Source: Candidatus Bathyarchaeota archaeon | Lineage (GTDB): Archaea > Thermoproteota > Bathyarchaeia > 40CM-2-53-6 > RBG-13-38-9 | Reading direction: 5' to 3' | Assembly: GCA_963807605.1 (NCBI GenBank) | Contig: CAWECG010000003.1 | Location: forward strand, 288,001 to 352,000 | Length of the DNA: 64,000 nt | Part shown: positions 20,333 to 29,958 of the stretch, in pieces | Position numbering within the stretch: the first letter of the stretch is position 1 | Layout: each line of letters opens with the position of its first letter | Position numbers and translations under genes: made by a program | The notes under the pieces: model-generated | What the model was told of the DNA's origin: nothing | What the model saw: only the letters and a program-made list of their open reading frames with translations | Database searches by the model: none

Positions 20333-21103
20333 TCACCAAGATCTGCGTTGAAACCATTGACTTTTTAACGCTAGGATCCAGCAAACGTAAGCTGAAAGAA
20401 GGATAAGAAGAGCGTAGGCGACGAGATCTAAATATCTGAAGGCTTCAACGACTCTACTCCAAGATGATCCAAGCAACCAACCTAAATAGACAAGTATAAA
20501 ATTCCAAGTCAGACAACCTAGAGCAGTGTATATTACAAATTTTGGCCTGCTCATCCTATAGGCTCCGGCTGGAAATGAGATAAGAACTCTCGCTGCTGGA
20601 ACCAAACGGAAAAGAGCCACAGCCCCAGTTCCATAGCGATTGAACCACATGTGAATTCTTTGAAGATGATCAGAACTAACGAATGGTATCTTTTTTGATG
20701 TAAGAAGAGGCGCACCAATTATCCATCCAATATAATAGTCTACGAAAGACCCGATAAGCGCTGCAACAACACTCAACAATACCACAGGCCAGAAACTTAG
20801 AGTCCCTTTCCAAACCAAATACCCTGCAAAGGGCAAGATTATCTCGCTAGGCACGGGCAAAGCCGCAGCCTCCAGCAACATTAAGATGAATATGCCACCG
20901 TAACCAGCACTAGAAGCGAAACCAATAGCACCAATTTGCAGAGAGGCTGCAAAGGAAACTAGTAATTGAGTTCCTTGAGTGCCACCTATCTCCGCAATGT
21001 CTTCGAGGTATTCGAGTGAGAACAACATGGCCAAGATAAATATCAGGACTACTACGGCGAGTTTTCGATGACGACCTAGCGTAGCGGCAGTCTTGGAGAC
21101 CAA
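20333..21103 (-). CDS. DedA family membrane protein
   Basis: LEAAALPVPSEIILPFAG, FRLVPAARVLISFPAG. Confidence 0.92.
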   Translation of the reverse strand: MVSKTAATLGRHRKLAVVVLIFILAMLFSLEYLEDIAEIGGTQGTQLLVSFAASLQIGAIGFASSAGYGGIFILMLLEAAALPVPSEIILPFAGYLVWKGTLSFWPVVLLSVVAALIGSFVDYYIGWIIGAPLLTSKKIPFVSSDHLQRIHMWFNRYGTGAVALFRLVPAARVLISFPAGAYRMSRPKFVIYTALGCLTWNFILVYLGWLLGSSWSRVVEAFRYLDLVAYALLILLSAYVCWILALKSQWFQRRSW

Positions 21104-21375
21104 CCTACATCTCTCGGTCCTTTAGTGTAGTCGTCACGCCGTCTTAACGCGTGCTTTCAAAAGCAGAACCTACATTCCAATCTTAACTCTTTGCATACGT
21201 TATCCGCCTTCATTTTGAAGTTCTGGTAGTAGTCACTTCTTCCTAGGAGTATGTCTTGCCAGTCCTTGTGAAGATGTGGAAAGTTGCTCTGCAGGAGTCT
21301 TTCGAGAGTGAACTAGCTACCAACATGTGTCAGTGATAAAAAGATCTTGATTAATGAAGAGTTGGGGTTAGTTGA

Positions 21376-21800
21376 TTGGATACCGTTCTCAAAAGAAGAA
21401 GATGGATCGTTCACAGAAAGCTGGAAGGTTAGAGAACGATTGAAGTCGCTACGGCTCTGGGGATAGATGAGAGGAGAGTCTACCGTTGGTGGAGTGTCTA
21501 CCGGAAATATGGGTGGGAGGGTTACAGGCCAAGTCTAGAAAGCCTCACCGATACTACAAGGCTCCACAGTCAACAGTGAACCTCATCATAGAGCTCAGAC
21601 GAAGTAAACGTTGGGGACCGAACAAGATAGAAGGCTACCTATGCAACTACAGACCTAAAGGAATAGTGCCTGTAAGCTATAGAACCATCCATCGAATACT
21701 GGTCGAAGCCGGATTGAACAATCCAATCCCCGCTCCGAGAAAGACCTGGGGCAAACATAGATTCGAGCGTTTATATAGCAACAGCCTATGGCAAGCCGTC
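21376..21800 (+). pseudogene. IS481-family transposase remnant
   Basis: HTH (VYRWW..Y...G..GL..KSRKPH), WGPNKI, TIHRIL, RFER..SNSLWQ; internal TAG and frameshift; DDE core missing. Confidence 0.75.
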
Positions 21801-21997
21801 AAATTCTGGTGGTGGGTATCTTTTGATGAGGGCGTCCAAATTTGAACCGTTAGGCACTAGTACTAATTGCTGCATCCAGTAAATTCATTTGACCAAGCGC
21901 GATGTAATGATGCGCCCGCCGGTATGCACACCTATTCATTGCCATTAAAGCGAACCGCGAGTTAACATACTAGGCAACGAAAAGGAGGTGAACACGT

Positions 21998-22141
21998 TTG
22001 GCGAAAGATCCCGTATGTGGAATGAACGTAGATGAGAAGACGGCTAAGATCAAATCAGAATATAGTGGAAAGTCATACTACTTCTGCAATCTGGCATGCA
22101 AACAGACTTTTGACAAGAATCCGAGTAAATTCACAAAGTAG
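21998..22141 (+). CDS. YHS domain protein, 47 aa (not in the ORF track)
   Basis: MAKDPVCGMNVDEKTAKIKSEYSGKSYYFCNLACKQTFDKNPSKFTK; strong RBS AGGAGGTGA before the TTG. Confidence 0.9.
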   Translation: MAKDPVCGMNVDEKTAKIKSEYSGKSYYFCNLACKQTFDKNPSKFTK

Positions 22142-22206
22142 AGCTGTAATGAAGCATCACTAGCTAGACAGAGCCTTCTTCTTATATGAAATGGTTATGT
22201 TAGATT

Positions 22207-24297
22207 CTAGAGTTTTGGCTTGAACCTGTTCAGCAGCAGTGAGTTGCTTACCACGGTGACAGAACTGAATGCCATTGCTCCGGCCGCTAGGAAAGGAAGA
22301 ACATTGTAGATCTGTGGACCGAAGAAGGGAACCAAGCCTCCTGCAGCAACAGGAATCAGGCCGATGTTGTAGAAGAACGCCCAAAAGAGGTTCTGCTTTA
22401 TCTTAGCAACAGTCTTCCGACTGAGTTCTATAGCGGTGACTACTCCTCTCAAATCATCTCTAATGAGGACTACCCCGCTAGTCTCTTTTGCTACATCTGT
22501 TCCGCTCCCAATTGCAATTCCGAGGTCTGCTTTCGCCAATGCGGGTGCATCGTTGACACCGTCTCCCACCATTCCGACCCTGTTGCCTCCTTCTTTGAGC
22601 TTGTCGATGACCTCCACTTTCTGGTGTGGCAAGACATTAGCGATAACCTTCTGTATCCCGAGCTTCTTCGCAATAGAGTTGGCTGTACGCTCATTATCTC
22701 CCGTCAACATGACGACCTCGATTCCCATATCTCTGAGTTGTTGAATTGCTTCAACCGAATACTCCTTCAGTGTATCAGCCACCGCAATTAGGCCGACGAG
22801 GCGTTCGTCTGAGGCCTCCATCATCACTGTTTTTCCGTCTTCCTCCAATCGTCTAATCTTTTTTTCAGCAGTCTCGAAGATGATTCCATTTTCCGTCATC
22901 AGTGTTCTGTTGCCCAGGAGAACTCTGTGTCCGGAAATCTCGGCTAAGACTCCTTTCCCAGGGATTGCTTCGAAAGACTCAGCTTCCTCGATTAGCAGTT
23001 GTTTCTCTGTGGCTGCTCTTACTATGGCTTCGCCAAGTGGGTGCTCTGATCCTTTCTCAGCAACGGCGGCCAGCCGCAGAATCTCATCTTCGGGCAGGTC
23101 ACTTGTTACAGCTATGTCTGTGACTGATGGTTGGCCTTTTGTCAGAGTTCCAGTCTTGTCGAAGACAAGCGTTTTCACGCGGTGTGCCATCTCAAGGTTC
23201 TCTCCTCCTTTGAAGAGTACTCCGCTTTCGGCTGCTTTCCCTGTTCCAACCATAAGTGCCGCGGGAGTGGCTATTCCCAATGCGCAGGGACATGCGATGA
23301 CAATGACTGAGACAAAGGATAGAAGCGCAAAGTTCAGTCCTATTCTTCCAACGAAATACCAACCTAGGGCAGACGTTGTAGCGATGATGATTACTGCGGG
23401 AACAAAATATGCCGCTATCTGATCTGCTATTCGTTGAATTGGAGCTCTTCCCGCCTGAGCCTCTTCGACCATTTTCACTATATGGGCTAGGACTGTATCC
23501 TGACCTATCTTTTCGGCCCTGATCTTAACCATTCCTGCTTTGTTTGTTGTTGCACCTATGACTTCATCGCCTGTTTTTCTTTCAACTGGCATGCTTTCTC
23601 CGGTGATCATTGACTCGTCCACCGATGTGTGCCCAGTTACGACTACTGCGTCTACTGGAATCCTCTCTCCGGGTCTTACTGCCAGTTCATCTCCGACAGA
23701 GACTTGCTCAACCGGAATCTCCGTCTCTTGCCCATTCTTGACCAAGCGGGCCATGGTTGGTTGAAGATCCATAAGACGTCTGACCGCTTCTGACGCCCTG
23801 CTCTTGGTGAGGTGCTCAAGATATCGGCCCATCAGGATGAGAGTTATGATTGCAGCTGACGTGTCGAAATAAGGCATTACCTCCTGTATTGGCAGTATTC
23901 TCGGAAAGAAGACGACTACAGTGCTGTAGGCCCATGCAGCCGTAGTTCCCAGAGCGATCAGCGTATCCATGTTGCCCATACGTGCCTTGATCGAGTGGTA
24001 CAAGCCACGGTAGAACCTGAAACCTATGATGAACTGTATTGGCGTAGTGAGGACGAAAAGAACCAAGAGTCGGACTTGCATAGGCAAAATCTGAAGGTAT
24101 GTTAGAGCGATCACAGGCACTGTGAGGACTACCGAAATGGCCAGAGATATCTTCAGCCGTTTAATCTCACGTTCCGGAGCAATAAACTCGTCAAGACATG
24201 ATTTGCTGCAGAAATAGTAGGTTGTTCCACGAACCACTGCCTTAAGTTCCGCAGTTTTTTCATCCACATACATTCCACAGATTGGATCTTTGGCCAT
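22207..24297 (-). CDS. copA: Cu(I)-translocating P1B-type ATPase with N-terminal YHS domain
   Basis: KDPICGM, TGES, CPCALG, DKTGTLT, SEHPL, GDGVNDAP, YN and MAFSS motifs. Confidence 0.95.
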   Translation of the reverse strand: MAKDPICGMYVDEKTAELKAVVRGTTYYFCSKSCLDEFIAPEREIKRLKISLAISVVLTVPVIALTYLQILPMQVRLLVLFVLTTPIQFIIGFRFYRGLYHSIKARMGNMDTLIALGTTAAWAYSTVVVFFPRILPIQEVMPYFDTSAAIITLILMGRYLEHLTKSRASEAVRRLMDLQPTMARLVKNGQETEIPVEQVSVGDELAVRPGERIPVDAVVVTGHTSVDESMITGESMPVERKTGDEVIGATTNKAGMVKIRAEKIGQDTVLAHIVKMVEEAQAGRAPIQRIADQIAAYFVPAVIIIATTSALGWYFVGRIGLNFALLSFVSVIVIACPCALGIATPAALMVGTGKAAESGVLFKGGENLEMAHRVKTLVFDKTGTLTKGQPSVTDIAVTSDLPEDEILRLAAVAEKGSEHPLGEAIVRAATEKQLLIEEAESFEAIPGKGVLAEISGHRVLLGNRTLMTENGIIFETAEKKIRRLEEDGKTVMMEASDERLVGLIAVADTLKEYSVEAIQQLRDMGIEVVMLTGDNERTANSIAKKLGIQKVIANVLPHQKVEVIDKLKEGGNRVGMVGDGVNDAPALAKADLGIAIGSGTDVAKETSGVVLIRDDLRGVVTAIELSRKTVAKIKQNLFWAFFYNIGLIPVAAGGLVPFFGPQIYNVLPFLAAGAMAFSSVTVVSNSLLLNRFKPKL

Positions 24298-24331
24298 TAC
24301 CGATCCCTTAAATCATCGAAGGCTACAAAAG

Positions 24332-25410
24332 TGCTGTGTTGCATGACTAGACATTTTTGTTTATGGATGTAGGTTTGAGTTTTCGGTTTATTGACGTGGA
24401 AGTGGTTGGATGATCTATATTGCCTGTGAGAGAACTATTCCACGATTGTGATTGGCTGCTAGAGATTGGAGACGCATCAATGAGGGTCTCGTGAAGCGTG
24501 GGGAGATCCTGCTTGACCCACGCATCCTTGACAGGTGGAACATTGAGCTTGAAAAGATGAATACTGGGAAGGAAGGTGGACAATACGTCTACCCTGAGAT
24601 CTTCATCAGGCTTCTAGGCTACATGCACCTGCTATTCCACCTACCCTACAGGCAGACAGAAGGATTCCTCAAAGCCCTGAGAAGATTCGACTCAAGGATC
24701 CATGTGCCTGACTATTCAACCATAGATAGACGCGTGAACAGGTTAGATGTGAAGCTGGATGAGAAAGATTATGGCGACGACATAGTCCTGGCGGTGGACG
24801 CATCAGGCATCAAGGTGGCTAACCACGGCGAATGGATACGCCATAAATGGAAGGTGAGACGCGGATACCTCAAGATCCATATCGCCGTTGATGTAAAGCG
24901 GAAGAAGATACTCGCCTTGAAGGTGACGGATGAGAAGACAGGTGACGGAGGGATGCTCCAGCCGCTTGTTGATGAAGCCTCCAAGAAAGGTAAGGTCGCC
25001 AAGGCAATTGGCGACGGAGCATACGATATGAAAAGCAACTTCCGCTATCTCAACGCAAAAGGGATTGAGCCAGCCATCAAGGTGCGCAAGAACACATCCA
25101 GCAGGGCCGGAGGATGCATGCCCAGAAAGCTCGTAGCCCAAGAATACCTCAAAGACCCTGAAGCCTGGAAACACAATCATGGCTACGGGTATAGATGGAT
25201 GGCTGAATCAGCCTTCTCATCGCTGAAGCGAACCTTCGGAGAATACGTCTCAGCCAAAACGATGCAAAACATGGCACAGGAGATGATGATCAAAGCCTCA
25301 CTATACAACATGCTGATAGAAACAACCACAGCAACACACGGCTAGACGAAACCTGAAGACAGCCAACAAAAGCGAAAAACATCACTGAAACCTAGTCGCG
25401 CAACACAGCA
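24332..25410 (+). mobile_element. IS5-family insertion sequence, 1079 bp
   Basis: Terminal inverted repeats TGCTGTGTTGCATGACTAG / CTAGTCGCGCAACACAGCA (17 of 19 match); 8-bp target duplication TACAAAAG at 24324-24331 and 25411-25418. Confidence 0.93.
24452..25345 (+). CDS. IS5-family DDE transposase
   Basis: LPYRQTEG, PDYSTI, VDASG, KIHIAVD, GDGAYD, Y.YRW.AESAFS.LK. Confidence 0.93.
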   Translation: MAARDWRRINEGLVKRGEILLDPRILDRWNIELEKMNTGKEGGQYVYPEIFIRLLGYMHLLFHLPYRQTEGFLKALRRFDSRIHVPDYSTIDRRVNRLDVKLDEKDYGDDIVLAVDASGIKVANHGEWIRHKWKVRRGYLKIHIAVDVKRKKILALKVTDEKTGDGGMLQPLVDEASKKGKVAKAIGDGAYDMKSNFRYLNAKGIEPAIKVRKNTSSRAGGCMPRKLVAQEYLKDPEAWKHNHGYGYRWMAESAFSSLKRTFGEYVSAKTMQNMAQEMMIKASLYNMLIETTTATHG

Positions 25411-26106
25411 TACAAAAGATCAACTATATAACAGCAAATCTTCTGCGCACTCGGTATTCACCTCAATAAGGATCGAGCTCCCGCGGGCCCGCTACCATTC
25501 AGATCCAGTGTGTGGGAGACAGGAGAGCATGGATCCCCGCCCAGTTCATCAACTACAGCTATATCGAGCTGATCTTAAGCTTGTCTTCGGCTCCCATTCC
25601 GTTCTCTTTCGTCTGAAAATCCGCTTGGTTGACAGTTCTAAACAACAGTTTAAAGCTATCCCGGTCCACCACAATTTTTTCGGCCTATCGGAAAATTCGG
25701 TTCTTGAGTTCTCGTGGATGTAGACGCTTAGCGTCCTAAGAGGTGACAACATTAGAGGTCTAAGAAAAAGCCTTCCTTACATCTTTGCAGAAACACGGCA
25801 AATGTCAGAGGAGGCGGCATCTCTCCCTAATAGCTCGAAGACACACACACTAGCGCCCCAATAGAGGACATATTAGGGTGCGTTAAGATGACACCACATC
25901 TATATTTGGTTGACATGATCTTAATATTGGAATACTACATGCTCCTAAGCGTACTCTCTCCTTTTGGATCAAACGAAGATAATTGAGGTTTGAGGGCAAT
26001 GGATGAGTTAGAGGCCATACGTGCAAGAAAGACTGGATTCCGCTTTTTTGGTACTAAATGAGGAGAAACTTGATAGAATCGCAGTCAACATAACTACTAG
26101 AATAAT

Positions 26107-26766
26107 ATGAAGCAGAAGGACATCCCGCTAAAGGAGAAGAGGAGAATCTCCAACATCTTAGAGATTCTCGAAAAAACCTACCCCACCGCCAAGGTCGCCC
26201 TGAACTTCTCGAACCCGCTTGAGATACTTGTCGCAACGATTCTTTCAGCCCAGTGTACCGATAAAAGAGTGAACTTAGTAACACAAGAGCTTTTCAAGAA
26301 GTACAAGACTCCAGAGGATTACGCGAATAGCGATATCAAAGAATTAGAAAGCGACATCAAAACCTCTGGATTCTACAGGGCCAAATCCAAGAACATAAGA
26401 AATGCCTGCAAAATGATTGTTGAGAAGTTCAATTCCAAAGTCCCCAAGACGATGGAAGAGCTTACAACGCTACCAGGAGTTGGCAGGAAGACTGCGAATA
26501 TCGTCCTCTCAAATGCTTACGGTATTGTCGAGGGAATAGCTGTAGACACACATGTTGCACGAGTCAGCAAGAGGCTTGGCTTGACAAAGTGGGACGACCC
26601 AGACAAGATCGAGCAAGACCTGATGAGAATAATACCAAGAGAACTCTGGTTTTACTTCACCTATCGAACCATAGAACATGGCAGAAACATTTGCATGGCA
26701 AGAAGACCGCTCTGTGCTAGCTGCTCACTTAACAAGGTCTGTCCTTCAGCATTCAAATTCGACTAG
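26107..26766 (+). CDS. nth: Endonuclease III
   Basis: LSAQCTD, Hh[17 protein letters not shown], CxxxxxxCxxCxxxxxC Fe-S motif. Confidence 0.95.
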   Translation: MKQKDIPLKEKRRISNILEILEKTYPTAKVALNFSNPLEILVATILSAQCTDKRVNLVTQELFKKYKTPEDYANSDIKELESDIKTSGFYRAKSKNIRNACKMIVEKFNSKVPKTMEELTTLPGVGRKTANIVLSNAYGIVEGIAVDTHVARVSKRLGLTKWDDPDKIEQDLMRIIPRELWFYFTYRTIEHGRNICMARRPLCASCSLNKVCPSAFKFD

Positions 26767-26779
26767 AGATGTGCCTCTA

Positions 26780-27241
26780 ATGAGCCTCAAAGAGTACCAA
26801 TCTAAACGAGACTTTGAGAAGACCGAAGAACCGGCAGGCTCTGTCAGACCCACTCCACCTAGAGAACTGGTATACGTCATCCAAAGACACCAAGCAACCC
26901 ACCTTCACTATGACCTTCGGCTCGAAATGAACGGGGTCCTCAGAAGCTGGGCCTTACCAAAGGGCCCTCCTCTGCAAGCCAACGTAAAGAGACTGGCTGT
27001 ACAGGTGGAAGACCATCCGCTCGAGTATGGAAGCTTTGAAGGAACTATCCCAGAAGGGGAATATGGAGCTGGAAAGGTTGAGGTTTGGGATAGTGGAACC
27101 TACAAGCCCATCGAAGTCGACGAGAACAAGGTGATAGTCACCATCGAAGGACGAAAGTTGCAAGGGGATTACTGCCTCATCAAACTCAGGCCTACGACGG
27201 ACCCGAAGAACTGGCTATTCTTCAAGAAGAAGACAAAATGA
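26780..27241 (+). CDS. Stand-alone LigD-type DNA 3'-phosphoesterase (PE domain)
   Basis: [52 protein letters not shown]. Confidence 0.92.
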   Translation: MSLKEYQSKRDFEKTEEPAGSVRPTPPRELVYVIQRHQATHLHYDLRLEMNGVLRSWALPKGPPLQANVKRLAVQVEDHPLEYGSFEGTIPEGEYGAGKVEVWDSGTYKPIEVDENKVIVTIEGRKLQGDYCLIKLRPTTDPKNWLFFKKKTK

Positions 27242-27312
27242 CTCTCTGTCGTGGAAATTCAAAGCACCTTATATTCGCCCTCAAGGAAAGAAGAGACTCG
27301 TAGGGGTGCATA

Positions 27313-27513
27313 ATGCCAACGGTGAAAGTCGATTGGAAGAAATGTAATGGAAGCGCAACCTGCGTCGGAGTATGCCCAGTCAATGTCCTTGATATTCAAA
27401 ATCTACCTGAATACCCAGACACTCCCAAATCTGTGCCTGTGTGAGAGAAGGAGTGCATACTATTCATGGCTTGCGTCACAGCATGCCCAGTAGCGATCGA
27501 GGTTCAGGAATAG
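27313..27513 (+). pseudogene. 4Fe-4S ferredoxin pseudogene
   Basis: MPTVKVDWKKCNGSATCVGVCP...PV*EKECILFMACVTACP; in-frame TGA at 27442 and an apparent Cys-to-Phe change in the second cluster motif. Confidence 0.8.
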
Positions 27514-27596
27514 GTTTTACCCGAGCCCAATCCACAACCGTCTGAAGCCTCTTTCAAGACGTAACAGACATGAAGTCAATCGAAGGCGTCTAGATC

Positions 27597-28625
27597 GTGG
27601 TTGGTTTAGGCAGAAAGGAGGCTATGTTCTACGATGTTCTTGAGCAATCGACGGTGAAGTGTCGACTCTGCTACCAGCTATGCACGATCCCCGAGGGTAA
27701 GCGCGGCCTTTGCGGAGTCAGAGTCAACGAGGGAGGAAGTCTCTATACCCTAGTCTATGGCAAGGCCGCCGCGACTGGACTCGATCCAGTCGAGAAGAAG
27801 CCGCTATTTCACTTCCACCCTGGGACCTCGACATATTCAATATCTACTGTCGGATGCAACTTCAGGTGTAAAAACTGTCAGAATCATGAGATCTCTCAGA
27901 TGCCGAAGAATTACGGCCCAATAGTAGGCGAAGATCTTCCGCCCGAGGAAGTCGTTAAGGCCGCTAAGCGTTATGAATGCAAGAGCATAGCCTACACCTA
28001 CACTGAACCAGCTATCTTTTTCGAGTACGCATACGAGACAGCACGGCTCGCAAGCGAGGAGGGAATCAAAAATATCTTCGTCACAAACGGATACATATCT
28101 GAGGAAGCCCTGAGAACAATAAGGCCCTACCTTGATGCAGCTAATATAGACCTGAAAAGCTTCTCAGACGAGTTTTATAGAGAGAGCTGCGGTGCCCGAC
28201 TCCAACCAGTCCTTGACAACATTAAGCTACACAAAGAACTAGGGATATGGATAGAGATAACAACGCTCATAATACCAACCCTCAACGATTCGGAAGAGGA
28301 ACTGAGAAAAATTGCTAGATTCATAAAAGACGTTGGAGAGGAGATTCCTTGGCATGTCTCCAAGTTCTATCCAATGTACCAGCTTCTACAATTGCCAAGA
28401 ACACCAGTCTCAACCCTAGAAATGGCCCGGAAGGTTGGAATCGATGAGGGCCTGAGATACGTCTATGAAGGCAACGTTCCGGGAGCGGAAGGTGAGAATA
28501 CGTACTGCTACAAGTGCAAACAGAGATTGATACGCAGATTCGGATATGAGATTTTAGAGAACAATGTCAAAGACTCCAAGTGCCCCAAATGTGGAGCCGG
28601 TGTAGACGGCGCTGGACTCGCATAG
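27597..28625 (+). CDS. amrS: AmmeMemoRadiSam system radical SAM enzyme
   Basis: C..C...C......G.CGVR, DPVEKKPLFHF, GCNFRCKNCQN, IAYTYTEP, C-terminal zinc ribbons. Confidence 0.92.
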   Translation: MVGLGRKEAMFYDVLEQSTVKCRLCYQLCTIPEGKRGLCGVRVNEGGSLYTLVYGKAAATGLDPVEKKPLFHFHPGTSTYSISTVGCNFRCKNCQNHEISQMPKNYGPIVGEDLPPEEVVKAAKRYECKSIAYTYTEPAIFFEYAYETARLASEEGIKNIFVTNGYISEEALRTIRPYLDAANIDLKSFSDEFYRESCGARLQPVLDNIKLHKELGIWIEITTLIIPTLNDSEEELRKIARFIKDVGEEIPWHVSKFYPMYQLLQLPRTPVSTLEMARKVGIDEGLRYVYEGNVPGAEGENTYCYKCKQRLIRRFGYEILENNVKDSKCPKCGAGVDGAGLA

Positions 28626-28665
28626 ATTATGCTCAAGCTTTTATCAAAGCACAAGCGTATCTGTA

Positions 28666-28908
28666 ATGGAGGAGCAATTGATGGAGCCCTCTGAAGAGAA
28701 GAAGAGATACTATTATTACGGCAAAGAAGAGGTTGAGGCGGCGAAGGTTTTAGAGGAAGCTGAAGAGGCGCCCATTGTAACACCTGCCATTGAGGAAGCT
28801 GTGGCGAAACCAGCACGCAAGCCAAAGAAGCCTGCAAGTAAAGCTAAGAGGAAGGCTGTCAAGAAGAAGGCTAAGCCGAAGAAAAAGTTCAAACGTAGTC
28901 GGCGCTAG
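28666..28908 (+). CDS. Small protein with acidic N-half and Lys/Ala/Pro-rich basic tail
   Basis: KPARKPKKPASKAKRKAVKKKAKPKKK; TATA-like CTTTTATC about 25 nt upstream (leaderless). Confidence 0.65.
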   Translation: MEEQLMEPSEEKKRYYYYGKEEVEAAKVLEEAEEAPIVTPAIEEAVAKPARKPKKPASKAKRKAVKKKAKPKKKFKRSRR

Positions 28909-29681
28909 TCCTTCAGAAACTTCGGAAGACAAATAGGGCTCTTCACCGGGTCGAATGCTTCAGTTTGCCGGATACTCAGTGGTGCAACTATTCTTGAAAC
29001 CATTCCGTGCAGGGAATAAGGGAGCCTGATGAGTCGCATTCCACCTGTCGTAACCCACTCGTCTATAGGATAGCCCTCACTCTTCATATCTGTGGCTAAT
29101 TTCTTTCTCCGCCTTCGTGGCCAAGTCCATGTCTCAGGATCAAGAACATGGATGTGGAATCCCCTGCCAGAATAGACCACGGATAGCTCAGAGAAGAGAC
29201 CGGATAGTCTCTCGCATAGGTCCACAGTCTTTTCCTTCACCACATTGAACTCCCAGACACAGAAGCTCAGTCCTTGTCCACGTCGCATCTTCTCCCTAAG
29301 CGATCCATGTACCGGGCACGTTATGTTCTCGGGGTCTAGATTGAAAGCTAACTCCTGGCCAAGAGTTCTTCTCGGCTCATCTGTCCTCTTATTGTAAATG
29401 TTTCTGTCGTAATAGACTGCCTCCGGCTTGAACTCAAGTAGAAGGTTCTTAACATCTTCAAGGCTTCCGTACTTCTTTATCAGTATCGATTTTGAAAAGC
29501 TCCGTTCATACTTCTTTGGATAGATTTTGGTATGTCTTCCAATTATTACCGCAAAGACGTTATGTCCTGAGCGTCGGCTAAGCCACCTGGAGACTTTGTC
29601 GAGGCTGAACTCATCTCGATAGAATCTCTCTCTTTCACTGAGCGTCGAGTAGTGCATTCCTGTCGGGAGACTGTACCTCAA
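28905..29681 (-). CDS. Archaeo-eukaryotic primase (PriS-like/Prim-Pol) domain protein; motif I reads NxD
   Basis: ELAFNLD, YSGRGFHIHV, PID..VT....LIRLPYSLH; CPVH...C zinc knuckle. Confidence 0.82.
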   Translation of the reverse strand: MRYSLPTGMHYSTLSERERFYRDEFSLDKVSRWLSRRSGHNVFAVIIGRHTKIYPKKYERSFSKSILIKKYGSLEDVKNLLLEFKPEAVYYDRNIYNKRTDEPRRTLGQELAFNLDPENITCPVHGSLREKMRRGQGLSFCVWEFNVVKEKTVDLCERLSGLFSELSVVYSGRGFHIHVLDPETWTWPRRRRKKLATDMKSEGYPIDEWVTTGGMRLIRLPYSLHGMVSRIVAPLSIRQTEAFDPVKSPICLPKFLKD

Positions 29682-29958
29682 TATCTAAACCAGATCTGGG
29701 ATTGTTGTATACGTTAAGTACACTTTTGTACACAACTACGCGCGCGCGTTTTGACTTTGATTCTTTCTATGGGGGTTCTGAAGGATCATCATGTTTCACT
29801 CAATCATACTTTGGTTTTAAAGTGTTCCTTTGCGTTCGATCATTGATTATCTTCCACTTAGGTGATTAATGCTACAAGGTTGATCGACTTGAACACCAAA
29901 TATGTGTAAAGCTAAATACGTCCCAACGATCGGCTAATCAAGATTGAGGCTACGGGAT

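Noticed and set aside
27442-27444. In-frame TGA in the ferredoxin as selenocysteine
   Set aside because: It falls at a non-Cys position (PV*EKEC, likely CGA Arg), and the gene has a second lesion in a cluster ligand, so pseudogene is simpler.
29905-29912. Additional operator site TGTAAAGC
   Set aside because: Half-site only, and it overlaps a probable BRE/TATA.
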